Source of the DNA: Candidatus Kuenenia stuttgartensis
Lineage (GTDB): Bacteria > Planctomycetota > Planctomycetia > Pirellulales > UBA1268
Assembly (NCBI GenBank): GCA_945870505.1
Contig: CAMBSN010000003.1
Span: forward strand, 824-64,823
Direction of reading: 5' to 3'
DNA length: 64,000 bases
This document shows, in pieces, positions 63,424-64,000 of the stretch. Made by a program: the position numbers and the translations under genes. A model generated the notes under the pieces. It saw only the letters and a program-made list of their open reading frames with translations. It had not been told where the DNA came from and did no database searches. Position 1 is the stretch's first letter, and each line of letters opens with the position of its first letter.

Positions 63424-64000
63424 ACACATCCAACGCCCGCGAGATCGTGCTCGTCGACTGCCCCGACGACGTTGGCCTGATCCACCGGATCACCGGCGTG
63501 CTCCAGGCCAGGCGGCTCAACATCGAGAGCAACCACGAGTTTGTCGACACGTCGGCGCGGCACTTCTTCTTCCGGGCCGAGGTCGTCCCCGCGGCCGATC
63601 CGGTGCCGGCCGACGCCCTCGAGGCGGCGCTCGCGGCGGTGCTGCCGGCGGCGGCACGAATCCGCGTCACCCGCGAGGAACGGCGGCCGATCGTCGTCTG
63701 CGCCACTCGCGAGCCCCACTGCCTCGGCGAACTCCTCCTCCTCGACGCGGTGGGCGAACTGCCGGGCAAGATCGTCGGCGTCGTGGCCAACCACGACGAC
63801 CTCCGCAGCCTCGTCGAGCGGTTCGGCGTGCCCTTCCACCACGTGCCGCACGAGGGCCGATCTCGCGAGGATCACGAGCGGGCGATGCTCGAGGCCATCG
63901 ACGACCATGCACCCGACTACGTGGTGCTCGCCCGCTACATGCGGGTGCTCTCCGCGGCCGCGATCGCCCGCTATCCCGACCGGATCGTGAACATCCACCA
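63420..64000 (+). CDS. purU: Formyltetrahydrofolate deformylase, runs off window end
   Basis: Manual translation MNTSNAREIVLVDCPDDVGLIHRIT...HCLGELL...VVANH...VVLARYMRVLS...RIVNIH; ATGA overlap with upstream gene. Confidence 0.9.
   Translation, partial: MNTSNAREIVLVDCPDDVGLIHRITGVLQARRLNIESNHEFVDTSARHFFFRAEVVPAADPVPADALEAALAAVLPAAARIRVTREERRPIVVCATREPHCLGELLLLDAVGELPGKIVGVVANHDDLRSLVERFGVPFHHVPHEGRSREDHERAMLEAIDDHAPDYVVLARYMRVLSAAAIARYPDRIVNIH

Overview
High-GC bacterial window, very likely a planctomycete (PVC-type EF-Tu effector loop, exosortase/EpsI locus, stand-alone RNAP alpha-CTD). Two parts. (1) About 1-12.4 kb is an accessory element integrated at the 3' end of tRNA-Ser(GCT). It carries a tyrosine integrase, an excisionase-like HTH, a ParB-like protein and a complete private replication module: AEP/RepB'-type primase with Zn finger, P-loop helicase, an iteron-like symmetric repeat array and a phage-type family A DNA polymerase with an atypical motif B and a large fingers insertion. 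It also has a three-gene cargo operon headed by an HExxH metalloprotease, a small MITE and a repeat-rich secreted adhesin running off the left edge. No capsid, terminase or conjugation genes and no second att site are visible. (2) About 12.5-64 kb is core chromosome: M28 peptidase, a hyper-acidic protein, scpB, PPIase, rdgB, ygfZ, NUDIX, an internally deleted IS4 with intact ends, exosortase-Wzc-EpsI-gmd-fcl, pcrA/uvrD, polX, FGE and CHAD proteins, the tRNA-tuf-secE-nusG-rplKAJL-rpoBC cluster, a REC-PP2C regulator, a HerA/DUF853-like ATPase and the start of purU. The best candidate for an undescribed system is the PolA-encoding, apparently self-replicating integrative element with its structured cis sites. 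All calls are from reading motifs by eye; no searches were run.
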